DNA from: Eledone cirrhosa
Lineage: Eukaryota
Reading direction: 5' to 3'
DNA: 64,000 nucleotides
Assembly (NCBI GenBank): GCA_964016885.1
Contig: OZ024741.1
Location: 60,388,001-60,452,000 of the forward strand
Shown here: in pieces, positions 45,282 to 62,299 of the stretch
How positions within the stretch are numbered: position 1 is the first letter of the stretch
How the letters are laid out: each line of letters begins with the position of its first letter
Notes under the pieces: generated by a model
What the model was told of the DNA's origin: nothing
Databases searched by the model: none
The model's input: only the letters and a program-made list of their open reading frames with translations
Position numbers and translations under genes: made by a program

Positions 45282-45890
45282 ATGGTGGCTGCCAACTCGT
45301 TTTCGAGTATGGCCACTACTTTATATCCATGCAGGATAACTCCTACCGATGCGCTAAACGAGTGTGACTATTTTAGTCCAGCCAGCGACTTGAAAACTAT
45401 GGTACAAACACTACACCTGTGACAATTATTGACACATAGTGCTAGGCCCATGGTACCATGTGACGACAAGTGCAGAGAGATCTCCAGATATAAAACAATG
45501 CCTGTGCCGTGAAGCTTTTATAGTGAGCAAAGGCACTGCACAAAGCCAGTCCCACTCTTTTAACCAAGATGATATTTACCAAAAAGAAGAACAAGTCAAC
45601 ATCATTGGATACCATCAGGGTTGCAGGTGTTATATCAGAGTTTTCCTTCTCCTAGAATTCTGCCTTGACAAAGGCTAAGGGGTCATCTCTCCCGGTGATT
45701 TTGGATGGCCATTGACTCTTAAGAGCTCTTTGCCCTTTGACAGGTTTTGTTTTTAGTCCTGCAGGATGTCCAAAGTCACCCTCCTCACCAAGAAACCTTG
45801 GTGGGGTTGCCAGTTTAGTCGCCAACGACCCGACCATGAGACAGGTTGTACTGGGATACATGTTACCAGTATCACCAACTGGTGACCTGA
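45282..45890 (-). mobile_element. Second copy of the 21714-22305 element
   Basis: Near-identical reverse complement; flanked by (TACA)n. Confidence 0.75.
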
Positions 45891-45933
45891 CATATGATAC
45901 ATACATACATACATACATACATACATACATACA

Positions 45934-45967
<34 letters not shown>

Positions 45968-45987
45968 CATACATACATACATGCAGA

Positions 45988-46758
45988 CATTTCATCGCGG
46001 TACTATCTACCTATGAGGCATGATGTAGTGGCCAAAACACTGTAAAATGTAATCCATAGAAAAGATAGCCTGATAACAAACACATTAAAAGCTACAGCAA
46101 TGTGGAAGACATATATATACATAATATGAAAGAGTACTGGTGGAATGTTCCAGTAAAAACCCCAATAAAATGCAGGCATAACAGACCAGATATTATGATA
46201 TGGGTCAGGGAAAAGAAGGTATGCATAGTAGTGGAAGTTAGCTGTCCAGCAGATGCCAATATAATATCAAAGATTAGCGAAAAGGAGAATATTTATGCAG
46301 AACTGATGAGAAATCTGCAGATACTCCACCCTGATTACACCTTCAGATGTATACCTGTGATTATTGGGGCATTGGGATATGTTAGTAACTGCCTCAATAC
46401 AAATATTGAGAAGCTGGGCTTCGCAGGAACAGAAAGAACACAACTAGTTAGGAAATTAGAAGTACAAGCCATTAATGGAACAGTAAAAATATGTAAAACA
46501 TTCCAAAAATGTTGCATCTAATAACTGCATATAGACATGTACAGATACTAAGCATATACACAAGCACACATACAACTCAAAACATCCACATCCACACATA
46601 CAACAACATCCATATCTACAGATGCATGCATGCAGACATGCAGACATTTCTACCTAGTTGATGTTGTGTAAATTCCAATGAGAGAGTCTTGCGTCTATGT
46701 TAGAAACCGACTCTCTCTCTATTGGCAAAAACTTGTGAAATTATAAAACCAGAAAAAC
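45988..46758 (+). mobile_element. 3' fragment of R4/Dong-like LINE with RLE domain
   Basis: RHDVVAK, HNRPDIMIW..K.CIVVEVSCP.D....K..EK..Y, IPVIIGALG; flanked by (TACA)n. Confidence 0.8.
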
Positions 46759-46769
46759 ATACATACATG

Positions 46770-47120
46770 ATGATGGCTGCCCCCTCGTTATCGAGTATAG
46801 CCATTGCACGATATACCATTATTAATAATTATTAATTAATTCTATCGTGCAATGCCTGTGCGTGAAGTTATTTTTTAAAGTGAGGAATGACTCTGCTCTG
46901 AGCCAATCCCACTCTCTGAGCGACAGTAGCTATAACCCGAAAAGAAGAAAAGATCAACATCATCGGTAACTACTGAGCCACAGGTTCTATATCGGAGGTA
47001 TCCCAGTTTCCTGAGTTGCCTTCTCCTAGAAGAATGCCCTGAGAAAAGCTAGGGCCCTTCACTCCCAGGGATTTAACCGCGCGATCGGGTGTCCAGCCCG
47101 ACTATTTCCATGACCCCGCG
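46770..47120 (-). mobile_element. Diverged relative of the 21714 family
   Basis: Shares GGCTGCC..CTCGTT.TCGAGTA, AATGCCTGTGC.TGAAG, CCTTCTCCTAGA. Confidence 0.55.
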
Positions 47121-47311
47121 CATACATACATACATACACACACGTATATATATATAGTATAATCACTTCGGATATTTTTATTGTCGCTCACATATACAAA
47201 TTCTCTGACCATTCCCCTTTTCATAAATACAATTTACTGCTTTCTCTTTTTTTTTTCTCACTCGCACACACTGTTACTACCCCTTTCCCCTTTCTATAAA
47301 GACACATTACA

Positions 47312-47399
<88 letters not shown>

Positions 47400-48065
47400 A
47401 CTTATACATACACACTCTTACCACCCCGCTGCCAGTGAAACCGACGTTTTACATGAAATATACACCAGTTTCATTATGATAGATCATTAGTAAGAATATT
47501 CCAATAAATGGAAACAAAGAGAAAACATGATCGGATGCAGGCCACAGATCGCCAAATAAATTAATAAATAAGGTTTTAATTCAATCATATTCGCTGCAGC
47601 TGTGCTAGGATAAAACAACTCGTAATAAGAAAAAAAAAATCATTATTAATGAAATAGTTTATAGTTACTATATTATTTAAGAAAACAGTGATTTGAGAAA
47701 TGAAAAGATGAAATGAGGTTTATATATAAAAGGAAAGAAGAAAAATGAAAAATGAAAACACTTTTGCAAAACGTCGCTACATTTAGATACTCTCACAACT
47801 CATTCTCCATCTTTAATTCCAGATTCAATACATAATTAAAGTTTGTCTCGCTTCACTCGAAAAGAAAGAGAAATAAGTGAAAAGAACAGAATCTCATCGT
47901 AGGCCCTGAATTGTTGAAGAAATCGTAAGCATACCGTTCTAACATGCTGTGCATCATTATTCTCTGTTGACTTTGCCTTTCATCCTTACGGGGTCGATAA
48001 AATAAAGTACCAGTAATGCACTGGGTAATTGCTGGCCCTGTGCCTAAAGTAGAGACAATTATTCT

Positions 48066-48260
48066 CTATCCCTTGTATTTGTGTGCCAGATCTTGGATCT
48101 CTACTAAGGATTTGCTTGTCCCCTCTTTGATGTTGTCTGGACATCATTTCTTTCCGCCTCTACAATTCCCAGTAAACTTGTCTTTGCAAAACCACTGGAT
48201 CTTGAAACATGGCCATACCAGCTTAGAGTGTGTTTCTTGTGTTGCGTAATCTTCATGGGG
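48066..48260 (-). mobile_element. RTE LINE 3' fragment
   Basis: LSWYGHVSRSSGFAKTSLLGIVE...DNIKE. Confidence 0.65.
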
Positions 48261-48664
48261 CCAATGTGATAAGGAATAGCTTTACAGAGCCGCCCGTGGA
48301 GCAGGCTGTCCTGTTGAGTAGATAGTTCCATTACTCGAATAACAATAACATTCACCCTCGAAAATGCAATTTTTTAATGGAAAGTATTTACAATGCACAG
48401 CTTAGAGATTGCTGTTTGCTATTTCTTAGACAATGAATCGATTCACAATGTGTTATGTCACGTTAAATATAGAAATCTTTTTATCATGATGTGTAAGTGA
48501 AAGGCTGTAATAATAGTAGTCTTTCGCAGTAATATAAGATGCTACGAAATATTATCAAACTGATGAGATGTGCTATCTCTCATATTCTGATAGTAATACT
48601 GCACTATAACACACTATAACATAATTTACGAATATTCATTTTTATTGTTTATTTCCAAGAGTAA

Positions 48665-53281
<4,617 letters not shown>

Positions 53282-53286
53282 TACAT

Positions 53287-53324
<38 letters not shown>

Positions 53325-53330
<6 letters not shown>

Positions 53331-54001
53331 TATGAAGAGAGAAGAAACATTTAGATATAATTAGTAATAAAATGTATCATACCTAAACTGCTCCTAAATT
53401 CCTCGACTACGTAGTTTCGTGGCATAAACAAAAACAATATATCAAAGATATAGAGTCCTTGCGAGATCTGCCAACTTATCAAGAGGATACCTCATTTTAC
53501 TAGTCTCAAGAACGCTTCTACACGACGTGAGAAAGAATCCCAAAAGGCGGAGGGGGAGATAGTCACGCGATATAACGGTCGAGAAACAGAGCTAAGCCTC
53601 TTATAACCACGAAGAAAATACCACGGAGGCGGAGGGGGTATGCATATCGAGGCCGTAGAAGAGGTAGTGAAGAAGGCGAGAAGTATGAGTAATGGAAGCT
53701 TTCCAGTTGTCCCCACACTTCAAAGATTGCTCGACCAGAGGGAGTTATTAATATATTTAGAAACACACAGATACATGCGGACACACACATATATACATGA
53801 ATGCATCCGCACCCAACTGTGAGTTAAGAGTGCCAACTTCACCGATGTTGCTCAATGAATGACTGGGACAGACCAATTCAGTTTGAACCAGACTGAACCA
53901 GTATCAGAGTTAAAAATACATTATGAAGAGAGAAGAAACATTTAGATATAATTAGTAATAAAATGTATCATACCTAAACTGCTCCTAAATTCCTCGACTA
54001 C
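53325..54001 (-). mobile_element. ~1.1 copies of a ~592 bp HHR-bearing unit
   Basis: ~85 bp exact terminal direct repeat (53325 and 53917). Confidence 0.75.
53400..53487 (-). ncRNA. Type I hammerhead, U3-A8 variant
   Basis: TCCTC-TTGATAA-G TTGGCA..TGCCA C-GAAAC TACGTA GTC^GAGGA; palindromic stem III. Confidence 0.8.
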
Positions 54002-54088
54002 ATATATATATAGGCAAGTTTGTTTTGAAACAGCGAGCGAGTTTGATAATAGAAATAGAAGCTTTCACCGTATTTTTTGCTAAACAAA

Positions 54089-54347
54089 TTTTAGCCTGAT
54101 AATGGGGTTTAGAACCCTCAGAAAAATGGAAAAAGATGAGTATTGACGTACATGGGAGTCGAATCCATATCTTTGGTTATCCAGACTAATGTGCCACCAT
54201 TATAAATGGAAAGAGATGGGTGATGTGATGGCATAATGGTAGTGCAGGGGTCTGGATAACCAAAGATGTGTGATCGACTCCCATGTACCTCAATACTCAT
54301 CTTCTTCTATTTCCTAGAGGGTTCGAAACCCCACTATCAAGCTAAAG
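54089..54347. repeat. Imperfect fold-back, ~110 bp arms
   Basis: GATGAGTATTGA.GTACATGGGAGTCGA..CTTTGGTTATCCAGA mirrored at 54251-54302. Confidence 0.75.
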
Positions 54348-54362
54348 TTTCTTTAGTCATAT

Positions 54363-54411
<49 letters not shown>

Positions 54412-56405
54412 CAAATATAAATTAGCGAGAATCGTATCTCGGCTATTGGAAATTAGCGAAAAACAACTTCCGAGATGTGTGGCAAGCACTCAATAGATTC
54501 TAACGCACCAGATCTACAACATACGTTAAAAGGCCAAACACACTGAGACGATGGTTAAACCATCATCCGCAAAGCCATAGAAACGACCAGGTAATTCGGG
54601 TCAAACAAATAAAAAAAATATGATTAAAAAAATATGATATATATATATATATACATATAAAGGTGAGTGTAGGTATGTCTATGTTTCTGTTCGTGTCTGT
54701 GATTGATAGAATATGTCCAAGACTTTTAAAACTAAATAATGGTGGCAATATGATCGACTAAACCAAGGCCTTGCTCCAGCATGGCAGCAGTCTAGCACCT
54801 GGAACCACTAAACTATTAGAATAAAAGAATATTCTGAATTTACAAGAATCATTTTGGATTTTCATAAGAGCAGATAATTGCGAAATATTTTCATAATATA
54901 ATGACAAAGTAAAACCAGAAAGAGAATAGAAAAATGGGAAGGAAAAATCTACACCCTTTACTGGACATATTGGTGAAAGCCTTACCACAGAGAACAGCGA
55001 ATGATACTCGTTGTATCAGCCATTCCACCGCAAGAGTCAAAATCTACAATCTTGGCTGGATGGTATATCTCACCTACGCGTCATAGATAAGATAAGGAAA
55101 GTATTGCCGCGGATAACAACCAACAAACCACGCTTCATCAGTCATTCAAGCTCACATTTTATTGAAATACCTTCAAATACTGAAAATTATTTTCGTTGTC
55201 TTCATAACTTGCCAGAAACCAACTTTCCAAATATTTCCAATATTTGAAGACTAATAACATGATTAATAATTTGATATTGGTGCTTATCGACTTATCATTC
55301 AAGAACCCACTCATATATATTAGCTCGTTCTTGAGGAATTCAATTTAATATTGGAAAGTCAACTGAAATACAATTTGTAATGATCATGTATACGATAAAA
55401 TGTTATTCATGGAAAATTGTCAAGAATAGATACACATATTTCTTATAATTAAATACTTAAGGATACATTGTCTTAACTTCGAATACCGTCTGATTAAGGT
55501 CATATAATCCATGAAATCTAACTTATAAATACACAATGTGCACAGACTGTGAATTAAACAGATTACTTAATACCTAAAACGGATTTTGATATATCTAAAA
55601 ATGAACCTTTGTTTCGTATGGAAAGATTGTACTGTATTCCTCCTAGCGTACTTAAAGATCAAATTTATCTACGCATTATACCTGGCGTACTTAAACATCA
55701 GGCCTATATATTTATTTGGAAAGAATAGTAACAACCGAGTCAGTAAGTGTGAAATACAAAGGAAGATATCAATAGAATTAGGACTGAAAGTAATTAAATA
55801 TTTAAATTTATATAATTGATATCGACGAATGGCTAAGAATTTTCTTCGCGTCATTAAGGTCCATGGTTCGATCAAACTGCATGGTAACCTGGGTACATGT
55901 CATTTATCATGACTTCGGGTCAATCCATTAGTGAAACAGGATAGAGGAAAGCTGTCTGCAAAACTAATTGAGGTAGAAGAATCTATGGCAATTTCGACAA
56001 CGAAGAGGCAATGATTTCAATCCTATGCATAACATTACAGCATAATGGAATGGGACTTCACAGGTTCCACCATGAGTATGCCAGTTGTTCGCTCACCATA
56101 ACAGCTTCTTTATGTCTCAAGACATTAAGGAAGATATTAATTATCATTCTCTAAAATATTTTATCCAATAAAAGGTGAATTAAATAGAGAAGAATTAATA
56201 AGCATTGTTCATTACCCGGCTTATTATATGGATTACATAGAAAACAAAAACATCTAACAAAGAAAGGTTTCAGCGTTATACAGCAACCATGTGGCGGAGC
56301 CGTCTTGATTGAATCTAATCGACTAAACCCCACCATTCGTCGGTATTCAACTCTGGGATTTATTTCATCGGTTTCATTTTGTCATGCCACTTATGTATAG
56401 GACAT

Positions 56406-56502
<97 letters not shown>

Positions 56503-56511
56503 AGAGTCAGG

Positions 56512-56607
56512 ACCCCGACGGCCGAACTCCGGCCTTTTCAACAGCTAGATTCGAATTAAGCCACCAGTATAAGAACGACAGGAATCTAGCTGAACTTATC
56601 AAGGGGT
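56512..56607 (-). ncRNA. Type I hammerhead, U3-A8 variant, long stems
   Basis: ACCCC-TTGATAA-CAGCTAGATTC/GAATCTAGCTG-GAAA-GGCCG/CGGCC-GTC^GGGGT. Confidence 0.7.
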
Positions 56608-57084
56608 ACAGTCCATATACGGGCATGCAGTCAAAACATCGACTGCATTCCCATATATGGCCTGTGCCTGACTCTTTTCCTATTACCCACTCAACTACCC
56701 TAAGTATTCGGTACTCTGGTGCGCTATGGTCCACATCGTATTTTGCCACACCGTCTTTCTTATATATATATATGTTTATTTATTTAATTGTTTATACAGG
56801 TATAAATCGACGTTGTAACCGCAATACAGCAGATAACAATCGAATTGTTTGAGGCAGTTACAAAGTACTCAATGGCGCAAAATGTTGATACATTTTCGTC
56901 CAGTGCATACACAAAGTTAAGAAAGTGTGGAACCAAGAAATAATGCACGAAATTTTCCACGCAATACTTTTAGTTAGCACCCCGAACGCATAATTAGGAA
57001 TATAATCACTTATTTCCTAATGTTTGTTGAGTGAGTTGGAATTTGGCAGGAGTATCGCTAAAAAGCTTTCTCCGATATTGTATT

Positions 57085-57109
<25 letters not shown>

Positions 57110-57115
<6 letters not shown>

Positions 57116-58432
57116 AGAACAAAAGATGGTTAAAAGAGTTCCATGTATTTTATTATGCGCATTTCAAAAACAAATATCATCATGCAATAATATTTGTGTT
57201 TTCATCAGATAAAACATGAAGACATGATATGAAGGTTAAAAAACACTTGTGGATAGTTCAGTTTTAAATCAACATATGAGAAGTAGTTTTAGATTGATGT
57301 GTGATATTGGGAAAAATATTTTATTTAGAGGGGGGTGGGTGGAAAGAATGAAAAAGAGGAGGTGATGAGAGTAAAAAGTGGAGAGGGAGGAGTATAATGA
57401 GGAAGGATGAGATAGGAGGAGAGATGGGTGATAGAGAGAGAGAGATAGCTTTTATAACTGAGAAAGATATATTGTTTTACATAGAGAGGTTGAAAACCGT
57501 TGGAAGATAATGAATAAATTAAAAGAATTTGAAAATTAACGAAGAGAAAAATAATGTAAAGTTAAGGTTTGTATATTGAGGGGTTTGATAATATGTGCGA
57601 TGAAAAAAGAAAATGTTAATATGTATTGAGAATAATGTTTAAGGGTTTAATAATATGTGCGATGTTAAGAAGATGTTGATATGTATTATTAAAAGGAACA
57701 ACAGGTTATTTAAGTAAGGAAATATTGTGAGATGAATGAGTTAGATGAAAGGGAGAATAAAATAATGAATTGAGGATGAATAATCTAACGTCAAAAAATG
57801 TATATGTTTACGAAGGATTTTTACAAGGTGATATGGAGTAAGAATGTATTGTATTATGTAATAATTGATTCTATGTTAGGCAAGAGTGAGAAAAGGTACA
57901 GATTAGGGGTTAGACATTAAAGAAGAAGAGAAGAATGAGTAACAAGTATTATAGAATGTATAATAACCTTTGAAATAAGGTAGAAAGATGGGTATATTTT
58001 TAAAAGAAGTGTATATATATATATATGTGCCTTTGAGAAAAAGATTCTAAATTGATAAAGAATTGAATATTAGCTGTATACTTTGTGAAATGTTTTATGG
58101 AATTTATGCAAGCAGATAGAAAACAAGTCAGTGCGTCTATTTATTATAGAATCTAAATTAGAAATAATGGTAAATTTTTCATTTAGGCAGTGATTGCACA
58201 TTTTGGATGGAGAACTGTTCAAGTATGGAGATGCAGAAGAAACCTTCTTCCAAAAGATGCTATATTTAATATTTTTGTATTTCAAGTACCATATGAGTTC
58301 TGAGAGAGCCGTGTTGGTTCTTTTAAGTTTGTATTTAAAAGACGAATGATGGTTATAAAGACGAGCTTTAAAAGAGGTGGAAGTGGAGCCAAAATAGGTG
58401 ATGGAATTGGTGTCAGTTATAACTTTACATTC

Positions 58433-58433
<1 letters not shown>
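57110..58433 (-). mobile_element. PLE 3' remnant related to 29217-32830
   Basis: YECKV..YFGSTSTSFKARLYNH..LSELIW..CNHCLNEK..CLH; HHR at 57142-57218. Confidence 0.85.
57142..57218 (-). ncRNA. Hammerhead in 3' pLTR
   Basis: CATGTTTTAT-CTGATGA-ACAAATAT/ATATTTGT-GAAA T GCGC ATA^ATAAAATACATG. Confidence 0.75.
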
Positions 58434-58476
<43 letters not shown>

Positions 58477-58480
<4 letters not shown>

Positions 58481-59935
58481 TAAAATAACAGATTAAAGTT
58501 TAAGCAAAGAATCGCTGCGTTTTTTCGTTCATTGCCAGAGAACGTCTCTATGCACCACTAAGAGAACATTAGTCTACGACCTCTTTTATACCATAAACGT
58601 GGTTCTGTCTTTGCGCGTAATTGCTTTTTATCGCTCCTATTAATGACGTATTATTTGTTTTTTCCCGTTCTTTGCCAGGGAACGTTTCCACGAACCAAAG
58701 TACCGTCTTCCTGTCTTCCTCCAGTTGAAACGTTTTTTGAAATATCCAGTTCTGCGTTTACAGATTGACTTTGTTAGTTTCAGAAGATCCCGTTAAGGGT
58801 GAAAGCAGCGATTCTTTGCTTAAACTTTAATCTGTTATTTTAATAAATATTTGCTCTAGGGTCTTATATTCTATTCTATTCTAAGGCGGGTAAAATTCCC
58901 GAGATCCATGGACGAGTTCTCTCCAGCGGTCTCTGTCCCTCATTATCGCTGCCATGTCCTGCGTCTCCAATAGACCAGTGTCTGTCCTTAGGGCATCAAC
59001 ATACGTTAACCTTGCTCTTCCTCTTCTCGTGTGTTCATGTAGAGGCTCCCAAAGGAGCACTGAGGGCAATGTCAAGTCTGGATGTCGGTGAGCATGTCCA
59101 GCCAACCTCAGTCTCCTCTGTGTCACTCCTGAGCTGACCCTTGGGATGCTCCCATACAGCTCTGAGTTTTTCATACTCAGTGTATACTGATTAATGTTCA
59201 GAGCCATCCTCAGCATTCTCGTGTAGCACCCATCCACCATTTGAGTGAGTTTATTGGTCAGTGTCCAAGTCTCAGACCCATACAGCAGCACAGACTCCAC
59301 TACAGCAATGAAGAGGCGGATTTTTATGTCTCTACGAAGGTCCGACTTCCACACCGATCTCAAGTTGTGCCACGCCGCGCAGGCCCCGCCCCTCACTCCA
59401 ACCACGCCATCCTCCGTATTCCCAACCCTTGCTCCCAAATACAGGAATCCCTCAACCAACCCCAGCGGCTGATATCACTGCTCTACACCAACACCAAAGC
59501 CCAAGTCATTACACCTGATGGGATGACAGAGTTCTTTGAGATACTGGCTGGAGTGCTCCAGGGAGATACATTGGCTCCCTACCTTTTTATCATCGTAGTG
59601 GACTATTGTGTGCGCCTTGCGCTGGAGAAACACCAGGACTCTGGCTTTGCTGTAGCACCGGCTCAGAGCAGGAGAGTTAGGGCGAAAAAGGTATCGGATG
59701 CTGAATTTGCCGACGACGTAGTTTTGGTGACAGGTGCAGTGAAGGAGGCGGAGGATTTGATGCGGGAGGTTGAGACTGTGTCGATGAGTGTGGGGCTGAG
59801 AATGAATGGGACTGAGGCAAAATATCTGGTGGAGGGTGTTGGGAAGCCGGAGGGTTCTTATATATTTGATATATATCTATCCTTATGGAGCCCTCTTTGG
59901 ATTTTAGTCTTCGAATTTATTATTATTACTATATA
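58477..59935 (+). mobile_element. Family B copy (short inverted tip 58477-58518) split by an RTE insertion
   Basis: HHR at 58761-58834; tail resumes at 59851, matching 63043-63120. Confidence 0.8.
58869..59850 (-). mobile_element. RTE-clade LINE, 5'-truncated with 5' inversion
   Basis: Minus 58881-59466: FLYLG, VESVLLYGSETW, LAGH, (AATAG)n tail; plus 59467-59850: GVLQGDTLAPYLF, FADD; TSD AGGG(T)TCTTATAT. Confidence 0.9.
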
Positions 59936-59962
59936 TATATACGGAAAGTATTATTACTATAT

Positions 59963-60220
59963 ATATATACGGAAAGTATCAACACATATATACGGAAAGT
60001 ATCAACACATATATACGGAAAGTATCAACACATATATACGGAAAGTATCAACACATATATACGGAAAGTATCAACACATATATACGGAAAGTATCAACAC
60101 ATATATACGGAAAGTATCAACACATATATACGGAAAGTATCAACACATATATACGGAAAGTATCAACACATATATACGGAAAGTATCAACACATATATAC
60201 GGAAAGTATCAACACATATA
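59963..60220. repeat. Perfect 23 bp tandem repeat, 11 copies
   Basis: Unit ATATATACGGAAAGTATCAACAC; CGG every 23 bp from 59970 to 60200. Confidence 0.95.
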
Positions 60221-61002
60221 TTGTTATTGTTTGACCCGAATTACTTGGTCGTTTTGTTTTGGCTGTGCAGATGATATGTTTAACCATCATCTCAGTGTGT
60301 TTGGCCCTTAACGTATGTTTTAGCTCTGATTCATATGATTCATCGAGCGCTTGCCACACATATCGGACGCTGATTTTCGTTAATTCCTGAGCTGAAAACG
60401 ATTTTCGCTAATTTATATTTGTATTAATCTCCAGAGTCTAGCTATTGAGCAGTTAATTTTATTGATTTTTTTCAGTTACTTATATTGACTGTTGAATAGC
60501 TCTGTTATATTTAACCATTCTGTGGAGAGCTTTATTCGATTTTTGATATTTTGCATTCTCGCAATAATACACAACTGAATCATTCGCTTAATAGAGGTGT
60601 TACCTCCCTTGCTGAATCCCACGAGGGGTCAGTAATAGCCACACTATCTATAGCATCTTGGAGCAAAACCCGTTGATAACACGACTGCCTTGTTCATCAT
60701 CTCACCAGAAGCCCAACATTCTTTATGTAGGCGGACAGTACCTGATTTGGAGTCGCAGAAACCAATACTGGATTTTACCATCAGTCCAGGGCCCGGGAAA
60801 GTATCAACACATATATTTTTATTGTTTGACTCGAATTACTTGGTCGTTTTGTTTTGGCTGTGCGGATGATATGTTTAACCATCATCTCAGTGTGTTTGGC
60901 CCTTAACGTATGTTGTAGCTCTGATTCATATGATTCATCGAGCGCTTGCTACACATATCGGACGTTGATTTTCGTTAATTCCTGAGCTGAAAACGATTCT
61001 CG

Positions 61003-61008
<6 letters not shown>
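60200..61008. repeat. ~1.35 copies of a ~595 bp non-coding unit
   Basis: GGAAAGTATCAACACATATATT at 60201 and 60796; inverted relative at 54415-54625. Confidence 0.8.
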
Positions 61009-61067
<59 letters not shown>

Positions 61068-61074
<7 letters not shown>

Positions 61075-62266
61075 TAACAGATTAAAGTTTAAGCAAAGAA
61101 TCGCTGCTTTCACCCTTAACGGGATCTTCTGAAACTAACAAAGTCAATCTGTAAACGCAGAAGTGAATATTTAAAAAAACGTTGCAACCGGAGGAAGACA
61201 GGAAGACGATACTTTGGTTCGTGGAAACGTTCCCTGGCAAAGAACAGGAAAAAACGAATATAATACGTCATTAATAGGAGCGGTGAAAAACAATTACACG
61301 CAAAGGCAGAACCACGTTTATAGTATAAAAGAAGTCGTAGACTAATATTCTCTTGGGTGGTTCATAGAGACGTTCTCTGGCAATGAACGAAAAAAAACGA
61401 AGATAATACGTCATATGTGGAGCGTGGAGAACAATTGCACGCAAAGACAAAACTACGTAAATGGTATAACTGAAGTTGTAGACTAAAATTCTAACTAGGA
61501 AACCGAATGATTCTCCGCTTCAGAGTTAAGATTAAAGTAAATAAAATACAGAGGTAATTGAAATTAAATAAATACATACACGCATCCAAATACATACATA
61601 CACAAGCATACGCGAAAACACTCGCCATAGGTATACAAATACACGCACATATAAATATGTGTGTGTGTGTATGCGTGTATACAAATAATTAAATAAACGT
61701 ATATAAATAAATAAATACGTATATAACAAGCGCACACACATACCTACATGTAAATACACAAATGTTCGGAGACGAACGTCAACCAAAACACGAAGTACAC
61801 ATATACACACACCCTACATACGTACGAACCCGCATACTCACACAGACGCAAAACCCACGTATACACATAACCAAAAGCATATGTACCAGAATATATAAAA
61901 TATACGTCTTGATGTGGTAGCTAAGTATATGTTATGTTTATACCATTACTTATTTGCATAGGTAAGTATATATTACCTGTATGTTTTGTGAAGGTTCGTA
62001 TACTTTCTCATACGTATATTTGATTGTATATGTTTTGGTGTATATTTTATATATTCTGGTACATATGCTTTTGGTTATGTGTATACGTGAGTTTTGCGTC
62101 TGTGTGAGTATGCGGGTTCGTACGTATGTAGGGTGTGTGTATATGTGTACTTCGTATTTTGGTTGACGTTCGTCTCCGAACATTTGTGTATTTACATGTA
62201 GGTATGTGTGTTCACTTGTTATATACGTATTTATTTATTTATATACGTTTATTTAATTATTTGTAT

Positions 62267-62299
<33 letters not shown>

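Noticed and set aside
59963-60220. CRISPR-like array
   Set aside because: Contiguous identical units with no spacers, no cas genes, eukaryotic context.
59241-60311. 356 aa ORF as a novel protein
   Set aside because: Chimera of antisense RTE, inverted RTE RT, family B tail and the 23 bp repeat.
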